Shown piece after piece: positions 52,983 through 64,000 of a stretch of DNA of 64,000 nt. The stretch lies in assembly GCA_010909165.1 (NCBI GenBank), contig MU008180.1:681884-745883 (forward strand). Direction: 5' to 3'. This DNA comes from Anthoceros angustus. Lineage: Eukaryota; Plantae; Anthocerotophyta. The translations under genes and the position numbers were made by a program. The notes under the pieces were generated by a model. That model was given only the letters and a program-made list of their open reading frames with translations, made no database searches and was not told the DNA's origin. Numbering within the stretch: position 1 is the first letter of the stretch; the number at the start of each line of letters is the position of its first letter.

Positions 52983-55683
52983 ATGGCAAGCTCCATGGAC
53001 CTAGGATCGGAATTTGCGGCGATAGAAATGCTGCGGTCCGAAACTGACCAGCTGCAGTTGCATCCTCTACCTACAGAAAAAGTTCAAATAGCTGGTAATC
53101 TCATGACAGTCCGCTCTAGCAGCTACACCAATTGTTATCTGTTGGTCCTTTGAATCCCTCGTCTGTGACTTGAGGCATTGTCTCCGACTCTCCACAGTGG
53201 AAGTCTGCCTCAAATCCTCCAGCACAGCTCGCAACGATGATGTCCGCATGGCAGTCGAGAGGTTCTTACACTGGATGCCAAATAGATCTGCTCTCTTGTT
53301 CATGTGCGGGAATTATGTTGCTAAGTTTCATCAGGTCGAGCCGGTTCGAGGAACACAACTGAATGGAAATTTCATGAGCAGGATGCTGGAAAAGCGGAGT
53401 CTCACCTATGTCGATGGTCCTATAGCCCTGTCAGGAAGCGATGATGCATTTCTTCGAACCAACGTTGAAAGCATTACCATCTGCGATGCAGGTAACCAGG
53501 CACAGTGAGCAGGTCGATGACGCATATATTTCACAGCAATTTATGCTAGTGACCAGAGTGCAGAATGAAGAGAGTTGTGCACTTTGTTGTACTGTACGTT
53601 TTCAGACGGTCGTCACGATGAGGAGGATATTCTGCTTTTCTGGCAAGTAAAATTGGACGTTCATGTGTACCAGGTGGGTGCACATGCTCTCCAGTGCTTC
53701 TTAGCAATTTCAGGCAGTGGTTCCAAAACATGTTGCAACGTCTAAGCGTTTCATGTCATCTCAGCTCAATGACGTCGGACCAGCAGAAGACGTGGATGAC
53801 ACGGGTGCCCTAGCGAGTTTTCGGGAGTGGTTTCTTCCGGCTAAAGAATTCCACGGTCTATGGGACAGGTTGGAAGTCTCGACGTCAGGTGCCCAGCTGT
53901 CTCAGTAAACCTTCACTGATGGAAGGCACTACAGTCTTGTCTGTGAAACAGGATTAAAACACCGTTTGCTGAGATACGCAATCAGCGCTTTGCAATTTTC
54001 GGACAAAAAAGTTGATCCTAATATCGTGTCGTGGAATCGGTGAGCTTGTCTCGTGAAAAGTTCTTGAAGAGAAGCAATAAAGGATTGCTCAGTAGGCGGC
54101 TTCTTAACCTTGCATAACCCTCTGCTGCAGTGTTGTGCTACTCCATGGACCACCCGGCACTGGAAAAACGTCATTGTGCAAAGCACTTGCCCAGAAGCTT
54201 GCTGTGTACTTCAGCGACAGGTGAGCTATTTGTTTTGTTTCGACTATCTCTGCGTCCTTTCGAAGCAGATGTAGCCCCAGATACTCAGTCCTCGGTGCTT
54301 TCTCACATGGTCAGGTACCCTCAAGCGCAGCTATTGGAGGTGAATGCACATTCTTTGTTTAGCAAGTGGTTCTCTGAAAGCGGCAAGCTGGTACTTTCAT
54401 GCCTAACATCCTTCTCTCCAGATAGTTTGAGCCCGGCCTGTTGTGGAGGTCGACCACATCCAGGCCTGAATGTTGATCTGTCCGGTCTTCTATTCATATT
54501 CAGGTGACACAGCTCTTTCAGAAAATTCAAGAACTGGTTCAAGATGGAGACGTCCTAGTATTCATCCTAATAGGTAAGGTGCGAGGCTGTGAGCATCAGG
54601 CCTGCTAGAAAAGAAAAGAAAAGAAAAACATCGTGAAGAAGCTTATCCTGCCTGTTCTGCAGATGCGAGACTTGTGTGAGGCACAACCTTTGTTTCTGTT
54701 GGTTGTTGCAGATGAGGTTGAAAGCTTAGTCGCAGCCCGACAGGCTGCTCTGTCTGGTTCAGAGCCTTCTGACGCGATTAGGGTACTACAACTTACCTTT
54801 CCGCTTCACGGGTTTTTCTCATTCAGAAAAAAGAGTCATGATATTTGTTTACTGATGCTGATTGTTCTCCTACAGGTGGTGAATGCCCTGTTGACACACC
54901 TTGACAGGCTGAAGGCGTGGCCCAATGTTTTTGTGCTCACTACGTCAAACATCACCGCTGCCATTGGTTGGTGCTGGTTGTGTTCATGCTTTTGTCTCAG
55001 AATAAAGTTGGTGATCATGAGGACCATGCTTCAGATGTCCTCAGGCTAGTCCGAGGATGTGTCTGACCCTGGTGAAGTGGAATTTTTTTGTCCAGATATT
55101 GCTTTTGTCGACAGAGCAGATATTAAGGCGTACATCGGGCCCCCATCAATTCAGGCAAGGTATGAGATCTTGAAATCTTGCATCAGGGAACTCCTCAGAA
55201 CTGGCATAATCGTCTCAGAGGTGCGTGATCACACAGTCGATGCTTTACTTTTGGGTCAGTAGCAAATACGGCTTCCTACTTGCGAGCTGACCTGAATTGT
55301 GGTCATCAGAACGAGGAGATTCTAGGATTCAAAACTGTCAAAGAGTGGATAAACTCGGGAAAGATTCCTGCTGACGTTGAGACGGTGAAGTCCTTGAAGG
55401 TGTCCGAAGACCTGGTTTCTATAGCAGAGGCATGCGCGGTGAGCATGAACCCCGATTTAAAAAGAAGTAGTTCAGATGATTGGACATCTCCCGCTGTGAA
55501 AGTTCCTAAATGTCGCTTTTGAATACGCAGGGATTTAGTGGAAGGACTCTGAGAAAGCTTCCTTTCCTTGCTCATGCTTCATTGCACTGCACAAAGGAAA
55601 CCTCAAAGTTTTTGGAAGCGCTGCACCTGGTCATCGACAGAGAATTTGCAGACCGGACATCCATGACATCAGAAAAGAAATGA
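52983..55683 (+). CDS. PCH2: Pachytene checkpoint protein 2 / TRIP13 AAA+ ATPase, multi-exon
   Basis: [42 protein letters not shown] (Walker A), [26 protein letters not shown] (Walker B), [36 protein letters not shown]. An upstream in-frame ATG exists at 52914. Confidence 0.95.
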
Positions 55684-56749
55684 GTGCCCCGCGGAGCCAG
55701 AGTAGAAAGCTCGGAATGCTCGAAAGCGGAGCCCGACTTAAGCTACAGTAGTCCCAGTGGTTGTACCACGAAGGACTGCTTCTGAACCCAGTTCAGACCA
55801 GGTGACCAGGTCCCATAGGTGAATCGATGCTGAAGAGCGTCAAGCATTCGCGGTGTCCTTCAAATTTTCCACAAATCACTTTGACTGGGAGTGAATGTTA
55901 GTAGGAGATTCGGGTGGAAGGGTGCCTAGGTATGTGTTACGACCTTGGCATCTGTCGGTGGCATAGTTTTTCGAGGAAAAGGGAGCTGGTTACCCGGAGG
56001 CCGGGAACAGGCTGGAGCCAGGGCAACATTTGACCCTAAGCTTCTGGAAACGGAAGGTGGTAAAAGAAAGGAAACGGCCTTCGAGCCGCCACGGCCGACG
56101 GCGGAATTTCCCGTTCGACTGGGACCACCCAAACCCCCCGACGGCATCGATCTCTGACCCAGGTTGTATACAGCTCTAAACCATGTGCTCTGTCAATGCT
56201 GGGCCCTCCAGGCTGCCAGTGCTAGCCTAGGCCTTCGCCTTCTGTCCATTCCGCTGTTTCTCCAACCCCTGCCTCCCACCTCTACCACCTGAGAATTGAA
56301 TGAAATGCGTGGAAGAGGGTGGTGCTTTCTGGAGCCGGAGGGCCCCATGCCCCTCCATTTATGGACCTTGTCACTATGCATGTGAAATCTGCATTGGAAA
56401 ATTGGAATCTAGCGGAGTAGCTAAATCCCCCTGGGCCCTGCCCCGGTTCCCGCTGTAGCTCTGGCCCGCGGGATCCACCGCTGGATGAAGGACCTAACCG
56501 CAATCGCATCCGATTGGGCCGCCACTTCGTTTCACATTATATGCATGTGGATGTATAGGGCCCTCTAGGCTTTGACCACACCTCTCCTGATTGCAAGGAG
56601 ACCCCGTCGGTTTGTCGGTGGACAAATCCGCGAGTGTCGGCTTCATACCCAGCACCGACGGTCATGACGCAGTGCCTCGGGCGGAGTGTCATCGGTCTTA
56701 AATGTTATATTTTGGTTATATAAATAATAAGGACGCACGCTGGCATCTG

Positions 56750-56831
56750 GTGAACTTGGCCGAGTGGTTAAGGCGACAGACTCGAAATCTGTTGGGCTAC
56801 GCCCGCGTAGGTTCAAATCCTGCAGTTCACG
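56750..56831 (+). tRNA. trnS-CGA: tRNA-Ser(CGA), 82 nt, intronless
   Basis: Acceptor stem GTGAACT/AGTTCAC, A-box TGGCCGAGTGG, anticodon arm ACAGA-CTCGAAA-TCTGT, long variable arm, B-box GGTTCAAATCC, followed by a TTTT terminator; TATA-like element upstream. Confidence 0.96.
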
Positions 56832-56864
56832 TTTTAGGTCACTAGATTGTTTTTTATTTTTTAA

Positions 56865-57351
56865 TATTTTGTATAATTTTCTAATTTATCGAGATCTTCT
56901 CGGGTAGGTACTAATACATACGTTTTCTAACTCAATCCCTCACTACTCATATAGTACTAGGTACGAATAATTAATGACTCAAGTTTAAGATCAGTTCTAG
57001 AAATAGTTAATTCAAAGTAGCTTAAGAAAATACCTTGGGAGTTATTTTATATAATTTTTAATTTATTGAGATCACTATTTGATACTAATACATATGTTTT
57101 CTAACTCAAAGACAATGTAGGGATAGCCCTTACTTCTACACAGTAATAGGTACGAATAATTAATGACTCAAGTTTAAGGATCAGTTCTGGGAATAGTTAG
57201 CTCAAAGTAGCTTCATAAAATTTTCAGACCACTGGGACAAGTACCTACTCTTACTACTCACAAGTAATAGGTAGGAATAACTAATGACTAAGGTTTAAGG
57301 ATTTCTAAGAATAGTTAGCTCAAAATAGCTTAAAAAAATGCTTAGTCCACT
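56865..57351. repeat. AT-rich degenerate tandem repeat (about 2.5 units of 120-190 bp)
   Basis: taggtacgaataattaatgactcaagtttaag recurs near 56958, 57147 and (degenerate) 57268. Partial copies lie at about 59525-59590 and 59785-59810. Confidence 0.85.
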
Positions 57352-57357
57352 GGGATT

Positions 57358-58216
57358 TCAAAGATCAGTGTCGTGCGAACGAGTAAAATTGGTAAGTTGT
57401 GCAATCTTCTCAAGAGTTTTTAATGGAAACTCTTGTTCAAGAATGTCCAAGAACTTACCTACAGGATCGTCATACTTGGGAATATCCATGAATTCACTTA
57501 TTCCTGCATTTGCCATAGTTTGCTCAGATGGGGTGAGTTGAATCACATAAGGAGGAGGCACCCTTGGAGAGATGTCACCATCTGCAACCCCGGTCTGATC
57601 TGCATTGATTGCAACTGCTAAGCATCCATTATAAGCCAGCTGTAAGGCTGTCTGATACGCTGGATTAGCTACCTGCACAGTAAACTTGAGCTCCTTCCTA
57701 TGTGAGATGTATAAATCCAAAGTCTCATCACTCAAATAACTAGACAGTTGTGCAAACATATATTGCGGAGTGTAAACATTTCTATGTTTAAAGTGAATTC
57801 GGCTAATGGCAGTTTCAACCACCAACCGAAACTCTCGCAGAGTGATAGTGTTGGGACAGTCGGAGAATTTCTCCTACTTATAATTGTGAATCAGCTACCC
57901 GTCCATGGTATCTGAGTCTCTAGACGAATCAGGATCGCTGTCAGCTTGCTGGTCCCCTCCAAGATCAATGGTGCACAGAGTTCTCGAAACAATTTTTAAT
58001 AGGGACTGACTACTGTGAAAGTGGCAGCCAAGTAGTTACAGCAGGTTGCTCTTCAACCTAAATTTCAGAAGGATTAACAGCAATTACAGGATCATATACA
58101 AATTGCCGTTGGAAAAAGGAATGCCTCCGTCTTGACCGAGCAGCTACGGGAAGTTTGGCAACCTCTGTGCTTCTGAGTCTATAACGAGGGCTCACTCCTC
58201 CTTCTTCAAGTTGCAT
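57358..58216 (-). mobile_element. Decayed gag-like ORF of a probable LTR retrotransposon
   Basis: MQLEEGGVSPRYRLRS... with several in-frame stops, then KFSDCPNTITLREFRLVVETAISR...QLSSYLSDE...FLDILEQEFPLKTLEKIAQLTNF, resembling a gag capsid. Recognition is by motif impression only. Confidence 0.5.
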
Positions 58217-59989
58217 CCTTGTAGAGGAATCAGGCTAGCACTTCACTCAAAAGCCACAAACTGTAGATGACTTCACAGAGTCAAAACACTTCATACAGGT
58301 GCAAACCCTGCAGAAATAATGACTCCAAGAGTTACCCTGAAATGTTACACATCAAAATAATGTGCCAAGTTATACAGGATCAGTCACACTCTGAATGTTA
58401 CTGCCTTAGAGTACCTAATTCACACACATATATGGCTCACATAAAAATGATACACCAAAGTCTGCAAGATTAGGTATACTCTAAATGTCACTGCTCCAGA
58501 GTCCCTGTGAGAAATATCCTAGAGTATATCGCGGGAAGAAATTTCCGCGATACACATGATCATCACACCGTAATTCCGCCTGCCGATAGAAGTATGGATC
58601 GGAATCAAAAACCCGCGTCGCAATTGCATTCGCTGGTCATCGCCACAACAACACATCTGTCGCCTAGTCTTCAGAATGAAAACACTCAGCGGACATAAAA
58701 CTGTCAACTCGTACAACACTGCCGATTAGGGTTGCTCATGCGCAACACCACTCTGTGCCGCACTCGTTGCATCTTGTCTCCTAAAGTGATCCTCACAGCA
58801 CGCTCACATATAGCCGCTAGGGTTATGGCCAAGGTGTGTGAAGATGGCAGTGGTCGAAGTTGCAGCGTGGTAGCTGTAAGAAACCTTCGACACGCCTCTT
58901 ACTCACAACCCTTTGATGACCTCAATACACATACACAACCAAAACGCGATGTAACTTAAAGAATCTTGGTCCAGCTGCATACGCTCAAAGTGATCAGCTC
59001 CACTCACACGCAAGGCTGATCCTCAAAGTGTCTAGCTCCACTCAAGACTCTCAAAATGTCCCACTCCACTCACATGCGAAGCAGACTCTCAAAGTGACCA
59101 GGTCCACTCACACGCGAAACCAGCACTCAGCAACGTAGTTGATAGAAGTAAGAGTTGGAATTCTCGGAATAAATCCAGCATGAATCCCAAACGGAGATCG
59201 CCTTGCGACGATCAAGCGAGTTGAGGTAAGTCACAGAGCATACGCCGAACGCCTCATACACACACGCAAGTCACCCCTATGACACAAAAATAGCGTTTCT
59301 TGCTTGAAGATGCGTTCAAAATAACAGAGTCTGTTTACACATGCTTTAGCTGTGACTTCTATCAACTATTTAAACACTAAACAAGTAGACTACTTATAGA
59401 TGCGTCTATGCTCAATGTCCTTCTTAACATAACCCTTCACGCTCCATTAGCGTTTCAGTGTTTAAAACCACTTGAGTTATAATGCATATATTCAAACATG
59501 CTCTACAGCTTGCGTACATCATGACATCAGTTCTAGGAATAATTAGCTCAAAGTACCTTAAAAATAGCTTAAAAAAATGCTCAGTCCACTAAGATAAGTA
59601 CCTTATGCTTCACGTGTGTTGATTTGCCTCCTCTGATACCACATGCGAAAGACCCTATAGCAAGTAATAAAGTAAATTTAAAATTCTTAATAGTCACTCC
59701 ATGTGGACACCATGTATGCTTTTCATAACAAGTGACGAGGAGGATGCAATAGCTTAACATAGGCCAATTCCAGATAAATTTGACCTGTTCTAGGAATAAT
59801 TAGCTTGAAATATCTTAATTTAAGGCTTCCAAAAGTACCTAGTCAACTAAAGACTTAGCAATGTGTCGAACGTGTTGATTTCCTTATTTGGACCCTAAGA
59901 AGCAATGTATTGGCTATGGTAAAACACCTTGTGCAATTTCGCATATGACTAAGAACATATCATGAATCATATAAGAAAATCTTTGCCCT

Positions 59990-61625
59990 CTTCTCTCATA
60001 TTTCTTTCATGTGGGCAATCTGCTTGGTTTGCACTTCGCAAGTAGCTAGCTGCTTTGCCAGAGCCTTATTCTCCCTTATTTGGTCAGTAACCTCTTGTTG
60101 GCTTGCTTTAAGGCTCTTCTCCAAATGTTCCACCCTGGCCTCCGCTTCCATGGCTACTACTTGCAACTGTGTTTTTATGCGCCTACTTGTTGTTTCCCGT
60201 ATTTGGTTAGTTCTCGCTTTTTCTCCATCCGCCAGCTTAAAGAGTTAGCCACCCTTTTGGCCTCTTCTACATCCACTTTTTTGAGCATCTCACATATGCG
60301 GAGCATCTCCCCAAGGGGCCCCAAGTTCGTTCCTCTCTTCGCTGAACCCTTCGGCTCCTTATCTACCGACATAGGTGTCTTACATACTGCCGTAGGTTGT
60401 TGACCTACCGCCGTAGATCTCTTACCTACGGTCGTAGGTTCCCTCACAGAGGGGCTTTCTGGGTCCCATACCACGGTAGGTATGTTCCCTACCCTCGTAG
60501 GTGTAGTGCCTACTATGGTAGGTATCATACCTACTACAATAGGTTCCATTCTACCAATCATTCCTTGGCTCTCCTTGGCCCAAATTTCTGGTACCTCAGC
60601 AGCCTCCTCCTGGTGCTCGAAGCTGTCAATTTAGAGCTGCAGACCTTGACGAGTATTGTTTTCACACTTAATATTCAGCATCGCCTTGCTCCAAATTCAG
60701 CTGTTCAACCAGTTGCAGCGTTGTATCTTGATTCTCTGATTCCTACTCCTGGGAGATTGAGTGCAGAGACGTTGTGATCTGAAGCGGCACGACTGAACAC
60801 TTGGAATTCTCACATGCTGGCCATGAAGCTCTCAACAGGTGCTTCTCAAGGTTGCGCCTGTTGGATGCATCCAGGTGTTAGGATCCGTCTGCTTGCAGCC
60901 TGCATGTCGTTAGGGTTGTGTTGCTTGGATTCTCGCAGCCCTCACACAGTCCAATGAATCGTTGTCAATTATGTTTCACGTTCACCAGACAGCCTCCACT
61001 TAAGCTCTATCACTTGGTCTGTCCTCCAGCCGTTCTTGGTCTTGGATTTTATTCCCCCCTGCATGAGTGACAAGGCCTCCTTAGGCAAGTTCGTGGCGGA
61101 CGACCGTTTTGCACCGTTAGTCCCTTCCATGAGGGTGATTCCGTCATCCGCGCTATCCAGCCGGCCGTACACTTGCCTTATGCTCCTCATCGTCCAGCAC
61201 CTTGGATCCGTCCTAGCATTCCGTTCGGGCAAAGCGGCCAACTTCTCCTCTTTCTGATGCAAATTCACATAACATTTCTCAATTAATTTCAGGTTAGAGT
61301 ACGCCCAATGTCTCCCATACACCCATTCCAACTGAATATTCTCCTCTACTTCCCAAGGCCAAAAATCAGCGAGATCCTTAGAGGATAGTTGCCCTGCAAA
61401 ACACGTGAACTGTGGCATTTTCAGCTTCCATCCTTTAGGATCTGGTCCCCCTTGCTTAAGGGCCTTGTCCTGGCCTGCCCCACTCTCCTTTATGGGCATC
61501 TTGGCCTTGGTGGCTACCTCCTTCCCTTTGATTGTGGTGGGCTTTGTCATGGCCTCCTTACTGAGTTCCTGCACAAAGTTGAGGAAGAGAAGCGCCTTTC
61601 CTGCAACTCTTATGGTAGTTGCCAA
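59990..61625 (-). mobile_element. Decayed transposon-associated ORF(s) with a coiled-coil tail
   Basis: 218-aa ORF 60969-61625, 128-aa ORF 60175-60561, and a frameshifted coiled coil (MEAEARVEHLEKSLKASQQEV) in a repeat-rich, intron-poor context. No family recognised. Confidence 0.35.
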
Positions 61626-62041
61626 ATCCCTACCACGTGCACGGTGGGCGTCCTTCTTCCCTCACAATTTCCACACACACACCATGTCCTGGACCTCGCC
61701 CTTACTCGCAATTCCCCTGGCTCTTACACCCTTGCCTTCCTATCACAAGCTCCGGCTGCTGTGACTTCGCAATAAAGATTTCTCTAAGGCGTTTCTCGGA
61801 TCCTTACACTTTCTCCACCAAGTTGAGAGTCCTTTCCCCGCAATATCTCTTCAATTTCGACACGCCTTGGTCTCCTCAACACTCCTTCTAGCTTAGGCAA
61901 GTGTTGCATGCTTCCTGCTACCTCGACTCCTTCCTTACTCTTCAGAATCTCCTTCCTGCACCTTGACTTGGCGTGTTCCTATTTCTCCTCTGCTGAAAGC
62001 CATAATGACCTACTAACACAAAACAAGTAAACAATAAGAAA

Positions 62042-62402
62042 CTAGCTCTCTAGATCAGGTGTAGGGGAGTCAAACAACCTAGGCTCCGTTCGCGGAGGGT
62101 GCTGGCTAGCGATCCTCCGCACAGAAGCCAAATGTTGTGCAAAGCTCCCTTCCTCACTCAAAAGCTTACAGAACTTGTCATCCCAGAGTTCCTCAATACA
62201 CTTTTCACCTATCTGGGTCAATCCAGAGGGCCCAGCTGTTGGTGGGGCAGCCGAACCCTTCGCCTTCAACCACGGAATCGGCACATCTTCCAAACATGTT
62301 GGAACAACACAATTTTCATGAAACCGGAGATGTTGATAGATACAGAAATCGTGGTAAGCATGCCCACATGGTAGCACCACAAAATCGTTGCAACCATACG
62401 AC
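62042..62402 (-). pseudogene. RING-H2-like zinc-finger fragment, probably transposon-associated
   Basis: VVLPCGHAYHDFCIYQHLRFHENCVVPTC. The N-terminal Cys pair is missing in frame, so there is either a frameshift or an upstream exon (ttttcag acceptor ending at 62403). Confidence 0.55.
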
Positions 62403-62774
62403 CTGAAAAACAAACCACACTACATCAGCCAAACAAGATTCAACCACACACTTGCCTGCAAGCAGCAGCAGCTGCTCCACCAACTTCCAACCAGCAGCTG
62501 CTGCTTGCAAAGTCAGACCAACAACACTATGTGAAGTCTGCAGCATTAGTCCACCACCATTAGGACCAAACCACAGCATCAGCAAGGCAAGCAACACCAG
62601 CTGCTCCACCACCTTGCAACCAAAGAAGAATGCGCTGGAGTGCACCGCTGTGCCGGATCACCGACTATGGGAAGTCAACAAGCACCCACCAGCATCAGCA
62701 TTGGACCCCCAGCATGGTTCCTCGCCACAGTCAGGACCACACTGACCACAGCTAGGACAACACTACACAGGAAG

Positions 62775-63080
62775 GAATACCACTCTCCACAGCGAGGAGC
62801 ACCACTCTCCGCAGCGAGGAGCACCACTCTTCACAACGAGGAGCACCACTCTCCACAGCCAGGAGCACCACTCTCCACAGCGAGGAGCACCACTCTCCAC
62901 AGCGAGGAGCACCACTCTCCAGCCGAGGAGCACCACTCTCCATGAGGAGCACCACTCTCCACGAGGAGCACCACTCTCCATGAGGAGCACCACTCTCCAC
63001 GGCCAAACACCACTCTCCACAAGCGAGGAACAACAATCTCCACAACCGGAGCACACTCTCCACGGCCGGGAACACCACGG
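62775..63080. repeat. Minisatellite, consensus GAGGAGCACCACTCTCCACAGC (19-22 bp), about 14 copies
   Basis: Units read directly. Degenerate direct repeats flank it at about 62440-62590 and 63220-63380. Confidence 0.93.
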
Positions 63081-64000
63081 TCAAGTGTTAGAATCCACTC
63101 GGCGGTGAGGCGAGGTTGCAGTGAGGAATACCACTCCCCATAGTTAGGAAATCCACTCTCGAGACGGTGAAGAGTACCTCCAGACCACCGGATAGCGCAA
63201 AAACACGATTCAACCACAAACTTGCTTGCAAGTAGCAGAAACATGTGAGAGGCAGCATAAGCAATGCAAGCAGCACCAGTTGCTCCACCCACTTCCAACT
63301 AGTAGTTGCTGCACGCAAAGTCAGACCAAAAGCACTATGTAAAGTTTACAGCACCAGACCACCAACATCAGGACCACCACCAACATCAAATAAACTGTGG
63401 CACGACAAAAGCTTACCAGCGAATTTCCATAAACCGTTCAGTGCTATATTTGCCCTGCTATGGCGCGACAAGAGCCTAAAGAAGAATCTCCATGAACCAT
63501 AGAGTACTGTTGTTTTGAGCACATAAGATAAGGGTTATTAATTACCCTCATTATGACCTGACCCCAAGCCTTTTCACCCGTGTTTTATAAGGTGCTCTGG
63601 ATAGGGGTTCAAATCCGGATGACCTGAATTTCATGTGAGACCAAAATGACGGTGAGGCTTTCAATATTTTATGGTTAAATTATAGTTACTATATTGGAGT
63701 CTCCTACCATAGCCAAGGTGATAGCCAACTTCCATGATAGACCTTCCCGTTCAAATCCTTCGTAGACTTATAATCAGAGGTTAGTCTTCTACACAAATAC
63801 ACTCAGATCCTCATTGAGGATAATGACTGGAATACTCAAGGACTCGTTCCATGTCACGACTTAGGCCAAGGGTTGAGCAATTCTGGGTGGATACTCATTG
63901 ACATTACTGATCAGTCAATCCGCAAGATCTATCACATAACAAGTTCATGCTCAATGGTGCTCTGCACAACGTAGCGATGACTAAAAATGCGTGAATGGCA

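Noticed and set aside
46613-56831. Functional clustering of tRNase Z with a nearby tRNA gene
   Set aside because: PCH2 lies between them and tRNA genes are common; proximity alone does not indicate a system.
62752-63298. CRISPR-like periodicity and repetitive ORFs in the 22-bp array
   Set aside because: Units are contiguous with no unique spacers and there are no cas genes; this is a eukaryotic minisatellite.

Overview
Nuclear DNA of a seed-free land plant. Short introns of about 70-200 nt, high gene density, abundant GC-rich simple repeats and a PLS-class PPR gene with extended L motifs point to a hornwort, possibly a lycophyte (inference, not proven). From about 2 to 56 kb the window is gene-dense: EDR2-like PH-START-DUF1336, a WIP/STOP1-type C2H2 factor, a P-class PPR, an uncharacterised spliced gene, a PLS-E+ PPR, TIC56, a FAN/NSMAF-type BEACH-WD40 gene, a YeeZ-like SDR, LHCB3, organellar L7/L12, BTB-SPRY, long-form tRNase Z and PCH2. 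A tRNA-Ser(CGA) marks the transition to a repeat- and transposon-rich block at 57-64 kb. Two accessory islands interrupt the genes: a 1.9-kb long-TIR hAT-derived element carrying a nested RLE-type retroposon fragment with an 11-bp target duplication (33.9-35.8 kb), and an AT-rich island of about 5 kb with a J-domain pseudogene (41.4-46.4 kb). The most notable observations are one in-frame TAG in an otherwise intact FAN-like gene, the nested RLE retroposon, and the LL-like PPR motifs. No clearly new multi-gene system is demonstrable from sequence alone. Exon boundaries were inferred by eye, and coordinates of spliced genes give the overall span.
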